Shown: positions 9,497 to 18,600 of the stretch, piece by piece
Layout: every line of letters begins with the position of its first letter
Numbering within the stretch: position 1 is the stretch's first letter
Virus record (IMG/VR): IMGVR_UViG_3300045988_151219
Span: 1-64,000 of that record
Strand: one strand, 5' to 3'
Length of the DNA: 64,000 nt
Source: a virus
The notes under the pieces: model-generated
What the model was told of the DNA's origin: nothing
Databases searched by the model: none
What the model saw: only the letters and a program-made list of their open reading frames with translations
Made by a program: the position numbers and the translations under genes

Positions 9497-9605
9497 TTTA
9501 TACTCCATGTTTTCAACACCTATCTAATATATTTTCTAAGACACAAAAAGAATGTACAAAATTTCTGCACATAGTTATTTCATAAATAGAATGTTTATAA
9601 AAGAA

Positions 9606-9629
9606 AATTCCCTTATATTATCGGGAATT
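9606..9629 (-). terminator. hairpin plus U-run after the second rSAM gene
   Basis: The minus strand reads AATTCCC-gataatataa-GGGAATT followed by TTCTTTTAT. The hairpin overlaps the stop codon at 9618-9620. Confidence 0.55.
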
Positions 9630-10676
9630 GAAAGTTAATTCTTCTAAAAGATTTTTATTCTTAGTAATTTCATCTAAAATAGAACCAAAATAAGTTTGTC
9701 GTATCTTACAATATAAGTCTTCTCTTCTCTCTTTTGTAACTAACGGACACCCTCCTCTACAGAAAGGAAGTGCTTTACACTCTTTACAAAAGTCTTTAAA
9801 GTCAGATGTAGGGTCAATTTCTTTGTTTAGATTTAAATTATTCTCTAAATCATAAATAGTACCGTTAGAATTAGAAATATTATGACAAGAATATAGATTA
9901 CCTGATAAATCTAAATTTATGACAGTATGTCCATTGCCACATGTACATTTTTCAAAAGTAAATGGATTTTTCAATGAAAACAATAATCTATTTAAAAGAG
10001 ATAATCCATATAAATAATAAATTGTCTCTTTCTTCTCTGTGTAGTCCTTTATGAACTGCATAATAATATATCTTGACTGCTCTTCTAATTTTTTAAAATC
10101 AAATTGATATAGGACTCTGTCCGACAATCCAGTATCTATAAGCAAATCAAGATTAACTCCTATATGCTTATTGTGTAACTGATAATACCAATTATCTATT
10201 GTTTGAAAAGAATCTAAAATATCTTTCGGATACGAATAAGAAGTAACTACTCCTGAAAGACTTAATGAATCTAATCTTATAATAGATTTTATTTTATTTA
10301 TATCTTTAAAAATATTGTATCTTCTTGTCTGTTCCGTATTATTTCCATCCCATGAAACAGCTACTCCTACTTTATTTAAGTTAAAAAATGTAATTACTTC
10401 TCTATTTAATAGAAGCCCATTAGTGATAATATGATAAGAAACGTTATACTGTTTTGTATTATTAACTATCTCTTTTATAGCTGGATAGTAAAGTAAAGGC
10501 TCTCCCCCAAAAAAGACAATAGGAAGCTTTTTATACTTTGAAATTATTCTGATAAAACTGTAAATATCTTCATTTATCTTTGATTTTATATGTCTATGTA
10601 CCAGCTGATGTTGTACACAGTATTTACAGTTAAGATTACAGCTATTACCTAAAATAATAAATATCTTATTTATCAT
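9618..10676 (-). CDS. radical SAM enzyme with C-terminal SPASM-type auxiliary Fe-S domain
   Basis: 352 aa. CxxxCxxC cluster motif GNSCNLNCKYC at the N-terminus. GGEP motif FFGGEPLLY. C-terminal Cys motifs CTCGNG...LYSCHN...FCKECKALPFCRGGCP...YCKI. Confidence 0.85.
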   Translation of the reverse strand: MINKIFIILGNSCNLNCKYCVQHQLVHRHIKSKINEDIYSFIRIISKYKKLPIVFFGGEPLLYYPAIKEIVNNTKQYNVSYHIITNGLLLNREVITFFNLNKVGVAVSWDGNNTEQTRRYNIFKDINKIKSIIRLDSLSLSGVVTSYSYPKDILDSFQTIDNWYYQLHNKHIGVNLDLLIDTGLSDRVLYQFDFKKLEEQSRYIIMQFIKDYTEKKETIYYLYGLSLLNRLLFSLKNPFTFEKCTCGNGHTVINLDLSGNLYSCHNISNSNGTIYDLENNLNLNKEIDPTSDFKDFCKECKALPFCRGGCPLVTKERREDLYCKIRQTYFGSILDEITKNKNLLEELTFNSR

Positions 10677-11328
10677 TGATATACTTCTTTACCGGAATAA
10701 TTCTACCCTTATAAGATGAATAAGGCTCCCCTATATAAATATCATTTCCCTCTAAATATTTAAATTTAAATTTGTTTCTCCCATACTGTAGAGGCTCTGA
10801 TAATCCGGCATAGTTTATATGAACAGGTCTATTCCAAAAACTACTACCCTGTTTAAAGTTAAAGCTGATATTTATATAATCTCCATCTTTAAAAATAGTT
10901 AAATCCTCTAAATAATAACTAAATTGTAAGTCTAATTGGTTTATCTCTTCTAAATTTAAATATGATAATTCACTATAATTATCTGTATCACTTTCTAAAG
11001 TTGTCTGATTATATGGTAAAAAGACTTTAATAAAATAATCACTATTACATTTATCTATCTGCATTACTCCATATGTATGAAATATCTTATTAAATTCTCG
11101 TGCTGTACAATTAAATATTTGACAAAGTTCTCTAAAATTATAAAGCGGTAAAAGAACTTTATCTTCAAATTTGTAAGATATTAAAGTAGACGAACCTTCC
11201 CTAATGTTGTCTAAATCTAATTCAAGAACAGAATCTTCTACAAATAAAGTAAGTAAATTTCCATCTCTATTTAACTTAATATTTTTAGTGAGTTTTACTC
11301 CTGAATTTAAGAATGGAAAAATCTTCAT
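10666..11328 (-). CDS. hypothetical protein, partner ORF of the downstream rSAM
   Basis: 220-aa ORF with no motif recognised. It overlaps the upstream rSAM by 44 nt and the downstream rSAM by 11 nt, which suggests translational coupling. Confidence 0.65.
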   Translation of the reverse strand: MKIFPFLNSGVKLTKNIKLNRDGNLLTLFVEDSVLELDLDNIREGSSTLISYKFEDKVLLPLYNFRELCQIFNCTAREFNKIFHTYGVMQIDKCNSDYFIKVFLPYNQTTLESDTDNYSELSYLNLEEINQLDLQFSYYLEDLTIFKDGDYINISFNFKQGSSFWNRPVHINYAGLSEPLQYGRNKFKFKYLEGNDIYIGEPYSSYKGRIIPVKKYINDK

Positions 11329-12271
11329 AATTTCTATTTATCCCCTCTATAGCTGCTTTGTGTATTTCATAGTAAGATTTAAACCATGTATAAAGTGTTT
11401 TGTAATAAAAACATTCTCTACTGTGTGCTTTGCTTTTAATACAAGCTCCCCCACACATAGAATGTACGGGACATGACAGACACTTAGTGAGTTTAGTATT
11501 ATATATCTGCTCTAAATCTTCCGGCTTTTCATCTCGTATATATAAACAAGTTAAGTAATTTCCTTCTATATCAACCTTGTCTCTTTTACTATTTGCACAA
11601 TAAGTTTCATATTGTGCATAATCAGCTTTTAAAGCTGTATATAACTGTGAAAATAGCCCTAAGTATTTCTGGTTTATAATATTATACTGCTCATAATCAT
11701 CTACTAAAGACTTTATTCTACTAATTATCTGTGTAGTAAGCTCCTTATAATCTTCTAAAGTTAATGAGTATTTTGAATTATAGGAAGAAGTCTCATGCAT
11801 AATATGCGGATAGAAACTAAGACCTCTTTTTATTATCTTCTCTTTTTCTGCAAATTGTTTATATAAAACAGAAAAATCTGTATTGCTGTGAAAGATTGTA
11901 GTAGATACTCCTACATTAGGATAATTTATTTCATAAGTAAACGGGTCGTACCCTCTTAAAGAACAATCCCCATCATAACTAAAAATAATCTGAAAATTAT
12001 TATTTAAGAAAAATTGTTTATATAATTTAAAGTTTATGCCATTAGTAGTGATTGAGTATTTTATTGTCTTAGGAAGCTGCCTTACTATGTATTTTATTTG
12101 CGACATATACATAGTAGGCTCTCCACCCATAAACCGAATGTGAGTGTAATTTCTTAAAACAGCTAAGAAAGAGTTAGATATTTTTTCTAACTCTTTCCCA
12201 ATTTCTCTATGACAATAACTACAGTTAAGATTACATTTACTACCTAAATAAATAGATATAGTTTTACCCAT
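11285..12271 (-). CDS. radical SAM enzyme with C-terminal SPASM/twitch-type domain
   Basis: 328 aa. GSKCNLNCSYC. FMGGEPTMY. C-terminal YCANS...YLTCLY...LTKCLSCPVHSMCGGACIKSKAHSRECFYY. Confidence 0.85.
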   Translation of the reverse strand: MGKTISIYLGSKCNLNCSYCHREIGKELEKISNSFLAVLRNYTHIRFMGGEPTMYMSQIKYIVRQLPKTIKYSITTNGINFKLYKQFFLNNNFQIIFSYDGDCSLRGYDPFTYEINYPNVGVSTTIFHSNTDFSVLYKQFAEKEKIIKRGLSFYPHIMHETSSYNSKYSLTLEDYKELTTQIISRIKSLVDDYEQYNIINQKYLGLFSQLYTALKADYAQYETYCANSKRDKVDIEGNYLTCLYIRDEKPEDLEQIYNTKLTKCLSCPVHSMCGGACIKSKAHSRECFYYKTLYTWFKSYYEIHKAAIEGINRNYEDFSILKFRSKTH

Positions 12272-13089
12272 TACTCACCTAAGATAAGATTGTATTCATT
12301 CCACACTTCATACCATTTACGTCCTAATTTAAGCTTAAAAGCTCCTTTATAACCAAAAGGATATAAACGTACAGAAGCCTTCCCTTTAACCAATTTAATT
12401 CTTCTTGCATTAAGAAGTCCTACAGTTGATTCTAATAGTACATCTTCATTATCTATGTCTCGGTCTAAAGGTGAAGCAAAGTTTCCTTTATATTTCTGAA
12501 TTTCTATGTCTATATATTCTTTATCTTTTACAGAAATAGGTTTAGAAAAATCTCCGGCTTTTATAAATCCCTCTTTATTTGCTTGGTATTCTTTTCCATC
12601 TATTTTAACAGAATATGAATCCCACAAGTCTACTCTGGGGTGGTTTTGTGTAGATAACTTACTTGAATCAAAAGTTCCTAATTCATAAGGTATGTCTGCA
12701 TCAATAGTAAAATTCTCTTTTTTACCCTCAAATACTCTTATAATAATATCTCGTTCAGCTGGAGTTATTATGCCTGTATCTATTTGCAGTATATCAGCTT
12801 CTGAATAAAGCTGAATCATATCTGTATAATCCATCTTAATTGAAGTTCCTAATCTATTCATGTTAAGAAACTTATAATCAGAATGAGATATTGTCCGGAA
12901 ATTTTTTACTTTAGAGTTAGGACATCTTGCAAAAATATAAGAATTATATGATTGCAAAGATTCTATTGTATCAAAGCCCTTTAAATCACCATAACTACAA
13001 CTTGCTTGGATAGAAAGAAATGTTCCTGCTAATTGTATTGTAGCTTTTGTAGTAGAATTACTTATTTCATTAAATAATATTTTCAGCAT
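12271..13089 (-). CDS. hypothetical protein, partner ORF of the downstream rSAM
   Basis: 272-aa ORF with no motif recognised. Its stop overlaps the start of rSAM 11285..12271 by 1 nt. Confidence 0.65.
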   Translation of the reverse strand: MLKILFNEISNSTTKATIQLAGTFLSIQASCSYGDLKGFDTIESLQSYNSYIFARCPNSKVKNFRTISHSDYKFLNMNRLGTSIKMDYTDMIQLYSEADILQIDTGIITPAERDIIIRVFEGKKENFTIDADIPYELGTFDSSKLSTQNHPRVDLWDSYSVKIDGKEYQANKEGFIKAGDFSKPISVKDKEYIDIEIQKYKGNFASPLDRDIDNEDVLLESTVGLLNARRIKLVKGKASVRLYPFGYKGAFKLKLGRKWYEVWNEYNLILGE

Positions 13090-13454
13090 TTCTTTACCTC
13101 AACAGGATATCCGTTTATTATTATATAATTAAAACCATTAACTGTTATATCATAAGCTTGTGTAGCTTTTACTTCTTTAAATAAATCTTCATGTTCTGTA
13201 TTATTAAACTCTTTTATATAAATAGTTTTGTTTTTTTCTACTACTTGTTCTCCATAAAGTGAGTAGATTTTTGATTTATCCGAAATAATAAGATTAGAAT
13301 TAAATGTAGATTGTAAAGCTTTTTTAATATTAACTTTCTTAATTGATTTTACTTCACAAGGAGAACGTTGTAGAGAAATAACAATATCCCCTTCTTTTAA
13401 ATCTTCTATATTAATTAACCCTGTTATAGCCTGTATCTTTCCACTTACTATCAT
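13083..13454 (-). CDS. degenerate Hint (intein-like) domain protein lacking the catalytic Cys1
   Basis: Start refined to ATG at 13454 (MIVSGKIQ...), preceded by AGGAGGT that is encoded in the last codons of the fibre gene. ITGLINIEDLKEGDIVIS resembles the Hint N-terminal block and AYDITVNGFNYIIINGYPVEV resembles the C-terminal block. No nucleophile and no HN terminus. Confidence 0.5.
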   Translation of the reverse strand: MIVSGKIQAITGLINIEDLKEGDIVISLQRSPCEVKSIKKVNIKKALQSTFNSNLIISDKSKIYSLYGEQVVEKNKTIYIKEFNNTEHEDLFKEVKATQAYDITVNGFNYIIINGYPVEVKKC

Positions 13455-13455
13455 A

Positions 13456-14559
13456 TCACGGACCTCCTGTATCATCACCACAATCACATTGACAATTACA
13501 ATCTGTCTCTCGCTTCTCAAAGGTATGTGAGTGAGATTTTTCCATTAAATAATTAATAATGTCTATTAATTTGTGTGAAGCTGCTCCCACGCCTGTGTGT
13601 GTATGCAAGTTTTCAATAACATGTTTCCCCCCATTTGAATAAGCAGACTGAAGATTCAATGACGGTTGTGTACTTCCTGATACAGCTAATATAGTTGCAG
13701 GCGACAACATAATAGAAAAAGGTGTGTCGTTTACTTTAATACTTCCATTCCCACCACGGCAATAAATAGCTCCATCCGGTTGGTTTATCCATATCTGTAA
13801 AGACTCATTTTCTTTGTTTTCCGGAATATTTATTAATTGACCCCACTGATTCGGCTGATGTTGAAACACCTCACTATTATATGACGAAATGAAAATTCCC
13901 TTTTCATTCCAGCTTTTATTTTCTCCTGGGTTTGCTGGAACATAATTTCCACCATACCTATGAAGATTTTCCCATATGTGGTCAACGTCTGAAATTCTTG
14001 TCCAGTTCGTAAATACTTCTCCGTCATTTACTCTATAATGTAAAGACGGATTAATTCCGTAAGACTGTCCTACTGATAATATCTGTAACGTCTGCTCTAC
14101 ACTGTAAATACAGATACCGTTCCAGTCTGATCCTCTTGCAAATTCAGCCGGCTCTGAATTGTTATTAGGTGAATTGCCGTAAAAGAAACAGCTTTCATTT
14201 AGACTATTTAACTGTCCTGTATTTTGTAATCCCTTTTTATTAGAGATTGAATTAGTTATTATATCTTTTAAAGAGTCAGCTAATTTCTCTAAAGTAACTG
14301 CTTTATCAACTATCTTTGATGTTTGGACTGAATTTTCAGAAAGCTTAGCTGCTGTAATTATAAAGTTCTTTAAATGTCTTTCTTCAATAGAAGCATTTGA
14401 TATCTTAGAACTGGTAATAGAACTGTCAGCTAATTTTGGGTTTGTTACAGCTTCATCTTGTAGTTTCGGTGTAGATACTGAATTGTCTTTTATCTTAGTC
14501 TGTTCAGACAGTTTTTTGACTAAGTATTCTAACCCTTCCTCATTTAGTTTTTTTGACAT
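13456..14559 (-). CDS. tail fibre / receptor-binding tip protein with HxH motifs and a Cys-rich C-terminal tail
   Basis: 367 aa. N-terminal repeats of the type S.TPKLQDEAVTNPKLADSSITSSKISNASI...SKIVDKAVTLEKLADS. C-terminal LHTHTGVG, SHSHTF and DCNCQCDCGDDTGGP. Confidence 0.75.
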   Translation of the reverse strand: MSKKLNEEGLEYLVKKLSEQTKIKDNSVSTPKLQDEAVTNPKLADSSITSSKISNASIEERHLKNFIITAAKLSENSVQTSKIVDKAVTLEKLADSLKDIITNSISNKKGLQNTGQLNSLNESCFFYGNSPNNNSEPAEFARGSDWNGICIYSVEQTLQILSVGQSYGINPSLHYRVNDGEVFTNWTRISDVDHIWENLHRYGGNYVPANPGENKSWNEKGIFISSYNSEVFQHQPNQWGQLINIPENKENESLQIWINQPDGAIYCRGGNGSIKVNDTPFSIMLSPATILAVSGSTQPSLNLQSAYSNGGKHVIENLHTHTGVGAASHKLIDIINYLMEKSHSHTFEKRETDCNCQCDCGDDTGGP

Positions 14560-14567
14560 ATCTTATA

Positions 14568-15395
14568 TCACCCATAATACTTATTAATCAACATAGCTAT
14601 AAATGTTTTTGAAATAGCATCGTCTTCCGGTATAGTAGCTGTACTTGAAATAAAAGCATTTGAATTTTCAAACATAGTTATTGAAGTAGCTACTATTTGC
14701 CCTTCAGGTGTTAATAGTGTAGACTTGAAACATTTATACATGATAGGTTTCTGTTCTTTTTCAGAACCTCTATACTGCATATTGAATATTAAATCTTTTT
14801 CTGATTTATTATTCACCGCTATTCCTACCCACGTATCGTTTTTATAAATAAAAGTACACAATTTTAACTCTGTTTTTTCTGCGTCTTGGTAAATATCTAC
14901 CTTATAATATGCTTTCTGTTTTCCAACCTTCTTCTGTAAAGTAAAGTTACAGTATGAAAACTGATTAACACATATTCTTTCAGCTACTGTAAGTCTTCCA
15001 TCACAAAATGAATATGTTGCTCTTCCTTTTATTTTCTTGTCTACTAATGGTATAAGAGGAATGACAAAAGATGAAGACCTTAACTGCTGCGGTGTAGAAG
15101 GTGTTCCATCATAAGCATTAGAAGCTTCTATTGCTGAATTTGAATTTGTTGTTCCTGTATTGTTATCTATGTCTGTTATCTTTAAAGCTTTCTTTAAAGT
15201 CTTTGGTGTAACAAACTTATCATCTACCTCTAAGGCTTCTACTTCTTCTTCGGTAGCTTTATTCTTTGAGAATCTAACAAAATCCGTTCCTATTAATGAA
15301 AAGTTGTATTTCCACTTATACACTAAATCAAACATAGTGTCCGGATTTGTTAATGATTCTGATATTATCTTAAACCCATTTATTTCATCAGGCAT
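14568..15395 (-). CDS. hypothetical virion-associated protein
   Basis: 275-aa ORF between the large structural protein and a fibre gene. No motif recognised. Confidence 0.55.
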   Translation of the reverse strand: MPDEINGFKIISESLTNPDTMFDLVYKWKYNFSLIGTDFVRFSKNKATEEEVEALEVDDKFVTPKTLKKALKITDIDNNTGTTNSNSAIEASNAYDGTPSTPQQLRSSSFVIPLIPLVDKKIKGRATYSFCDGRLTVAERICVNQFSYCNFTLQKKVGKQKAYYKVDIYQDAEKTELKLCTFIYKNDTWVGIAVNNKSEKDLIFNMQYRGSEKEQKPIMYKCFKSTLLTPEGQIVATSITMFENSNAFISSTATIPEDDAISKTFIAMLINKYYG

Positions 15396-15399
15396 AATT

Positions 15400-15597
15400 T
15401 CACCTCTTATACATTCCCTTTAAAACATCAAGAGGAAGATTGACTAAATCTTCCTCCTCAATGCCTAAAAGAGTACATAGAGTAGAGAATTTCTTCATTA
15501 AAGCTTTTAACGCTAATTCATTGTTTAAAGCGTTTTCTTCATCAGCAGTATGTTCTATAATAACAGCCCCTGATGTTCTTTGGTATCTCTGCCTCAT
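15400..15597 (-). CDS. hypothetical small protein
   Basis: 65-aa ORF that fills the gap between two structural genes. Confidence 0.45.
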   Translation of the reverse strand: MRQRYQRTSGAVIIEHTADEENALNNELALKALMKKFSTLCTLLGIEEEDLVNLPLDVLKGMYKR

Positions 15598-15606
15598 TTT
15601 GTCCTC

Positions 15607-18600
15607 TTAAATTGTCTTTGCTATTACTATAAGTTTCTTGCACCTCGGAGGTGTGAGAACTCCTATTGCTGAATTGGTTTGAAGCTCTATCTTTATTCTT
15701 AATTTCTTGCTTGGCGTTAAATGGTCTTTGTGCCAATAATATTCTGTAAATTCAGAATCTACAGTCTTTGTAGTAGCTTCAGCATCTTTTAGTAATACCC
15801 AATTAACCCCATCGTCTACTGAATAATATACCTTGATAGTTGCCCCTGTATTTTTACACTCATTCAGATAAAGCTTAATGTCATTAAAGGTATTATCAAA
15901 TTCAACTTGTCTTGAAATATACTTTCCTTTTAATTTTGAAGAATAAGAAGTAAGAGACATACACTGTGACGAAATCATCGGCGCCCTTGTAGTCTTAGCT
16001 TTATAAGTACATCTTAAATCAATCTTATTAGCTATGTTTTCAAGCTTTGCTAAATTATATATTTCAAGCGGTTGCCATGCTCCCGAAGAATTAATTCTAT
16101 ATTCCCAATTTAATGAAGTTTCCGCTGGAACAGAAGCATCTACTGATAATACTATATAATCTACCTGATTTAAGGTTACTCTCTTAAACTCAATAGACCC
16201 TGTTTCATTAAATTTAGCTGTCCTTAAAGTAAACTTCAAGTCCATGTCCTGATGTGCAGTCCATGTCATAGCATTAGATGAACTGAACAAAACACCAGCC
16301 GTATACGGATTAGAATTAACTACTTTTCCAGTCTTTACTTCTCTTTCCCCTAACTGGGATACCCACATTGCCGGCTTCGCTGAATCAGACATTATTACAA
16401 TACAATACTGCGTATCAGCTAAACACTTGATAGCATTACCAAAAGTTACTTTTGTAGGTACAGAAGCATCCGATGAAGTCTTAATCATGTTATGAGGTAC
16501 TATTACTTCTGAATAACATTCTGCCCCAGGATATCCGTTAATTACATTTCTAATCTGTACTACAATAGGTAAGTTATTGTCTGTGTTTGAAGCAAAGAAT
16601 AAATCTACAGAAGTTAAATATTTTTCCTGTGTAAACATGAAAGTTTCTGCTAAGGGGTCTACAGCATGTACTACTGTCTTATGCTCAAAGATAGTCTCAA
16701 TAGTTGTATGCTTTCTGCCATTAGCTGTGTAAGTAGTTGACCCTGATTTAGCTTTGTTTACAGCATCCCCTAAATATTCAATTTTAACTTCTTTAGTACC
16801 ACAAGGAACATTCTTAGGTATTGTAAATACAGCTTCGACATTACCTTCAGCATCAGCCGTTACAGAAGTATAAGACTGTGTTCCGATTGTGTAGGGGTCT
16901 CCTACTTTAGTAGTTCCTTTCGGTATTAAGCTAACCGGAATGCTGTCAAAATAACATCTAATATTCTTAGCGAAAGCTGGAAATCCCGCGGATTTAATAG
17001 TAACAGGTCTTGAACGTATATAAGTAATCAAAGAATCTTTAACTTGTGTAGTTTTCTTCTGTGTTACTTCTGTCGCATAAATACCTGATTCAGCTTGACC
17101 TCTATACTCGTTAGTAAATTCAGCAGTTACATTAGCCATATTTTCAAAGTATTTAGAAGCTGCTTTGTTCCACCATACCCTGGCATTTCCTGAACCTATA
17201 TCTCTATGTAAATCCGCATTTATCATAGTAGTACCGGTATTTTCAGTAGTAGTTATTTTCTCATTTTCTACCCAATTGTCTACTGAAGGAGATAAAGTAA
17301 TAGGAACTAACGGGTCAAATACCTGGTATGGATTGACTAACATAGTTTGTGTAGCTGTAGGTTGAGTTAAAGCTACTTCTTCAATATAAGGTGTCGTAAT
17401 GATAACACCCATCTCTGATTTTGAAGTGTCACCAGCCTCATTTACAGTTAAATCAACATTGTTAGTTGTAAAAGGTAACTGCAATTCTTGAGAATCTATA
17501 TCTATTAAGCAGTCATATTTATCTGAACCTTTATCGTAGTTTACGTCTGCTTTAGTAAATGAAATAAATCCGTCAGTAAATACACCTCTTAACTGTGTTG
17601 CCGGTTCTCCTTCTATAGCTTTCTTGTCTAAATCCGTTATAGAATCGTTATATTCTAAATCATCTACTCTCCGTATAGTATTCTGGATATCTTCCATGGT
17701 ACTATCTTCAATAGACATATTTATAATAGTAGCAACATCTCCATTTCCTTTAAGGAAAATAGAACCTAAAGAAAGAGTATTGTCATCATTCACTACCGGT
17801 GGAACTACTTTATCTTCTAAGTCCGGTATCCCCACAGTATCTATTATATTTCCGTTTTTATCTATAGAGATTAAATCTTTTCTTGCTAAATAAAAATTGT
17901 ATGAGAAAGAAACAGCTGTGCCTTGTGCCGGAATAATAGTTGGGTCTATTATTTCAACAACCTGTCTGCCTTTATACGTATAAATCTTGTAGTATGCTGG
18001 GTCAGAAGCAACGTTAAAGTTGTAATTATACGTTACTTTGTAACCTGAACCTGGGTTCGGTTGCCTTTCCGGTGAACCATTATTTTCCGAACGCCATACT
18101 ATATTATTACCCGAAACATAATAATCTTTAAATTGATTATATACTACTCCGTTTTGTTCGACTTTAGTTACAGAACCAGCTACTACCGGAGTATGTGGTA
18201 GAACATCTTCACCGTCTTTTACAGCACCACGTGTTACAGTATCAGTTACTGTACGCTGAACTAAAAATTCGTTAATAGAACGAATAGGCGTATGCCTCAT
18301 GATAAACTGGTAATTACCGTTAGACCCTTTACGTACAGACATAATATCACCCTGTATTAATCGGGTCTCTTTTGATTTAGGCACAGAAAAAGTGAAGTCT
18401 GCCGGCTTCTCTACTTCATAACCTAAAACATAGGCTTTGCCTTTTGTACATGTAAAATATAACTTATTAGGGTCAGGATTAGGATAATCGAATCTCTGTG
18501 AAATTAATAAGCCTCTCTTGCGATAATTACCTGATTCATCGTATGTTCTTCTGGCTAATATTTCTGTTATTCTGGCGTACTCATTATTTTCCTGGTTTTC

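Noticed and set aside
13833-14027. Minus-strand ORF nested inside the fibre gene 13456..14559. The same applies to 15542..15736, which overlaps the 3' end of 15607..19131.
   Set aside because: They are out-of-frame overlaps with much longer motif-bearing genes, and there is no independent start signal.
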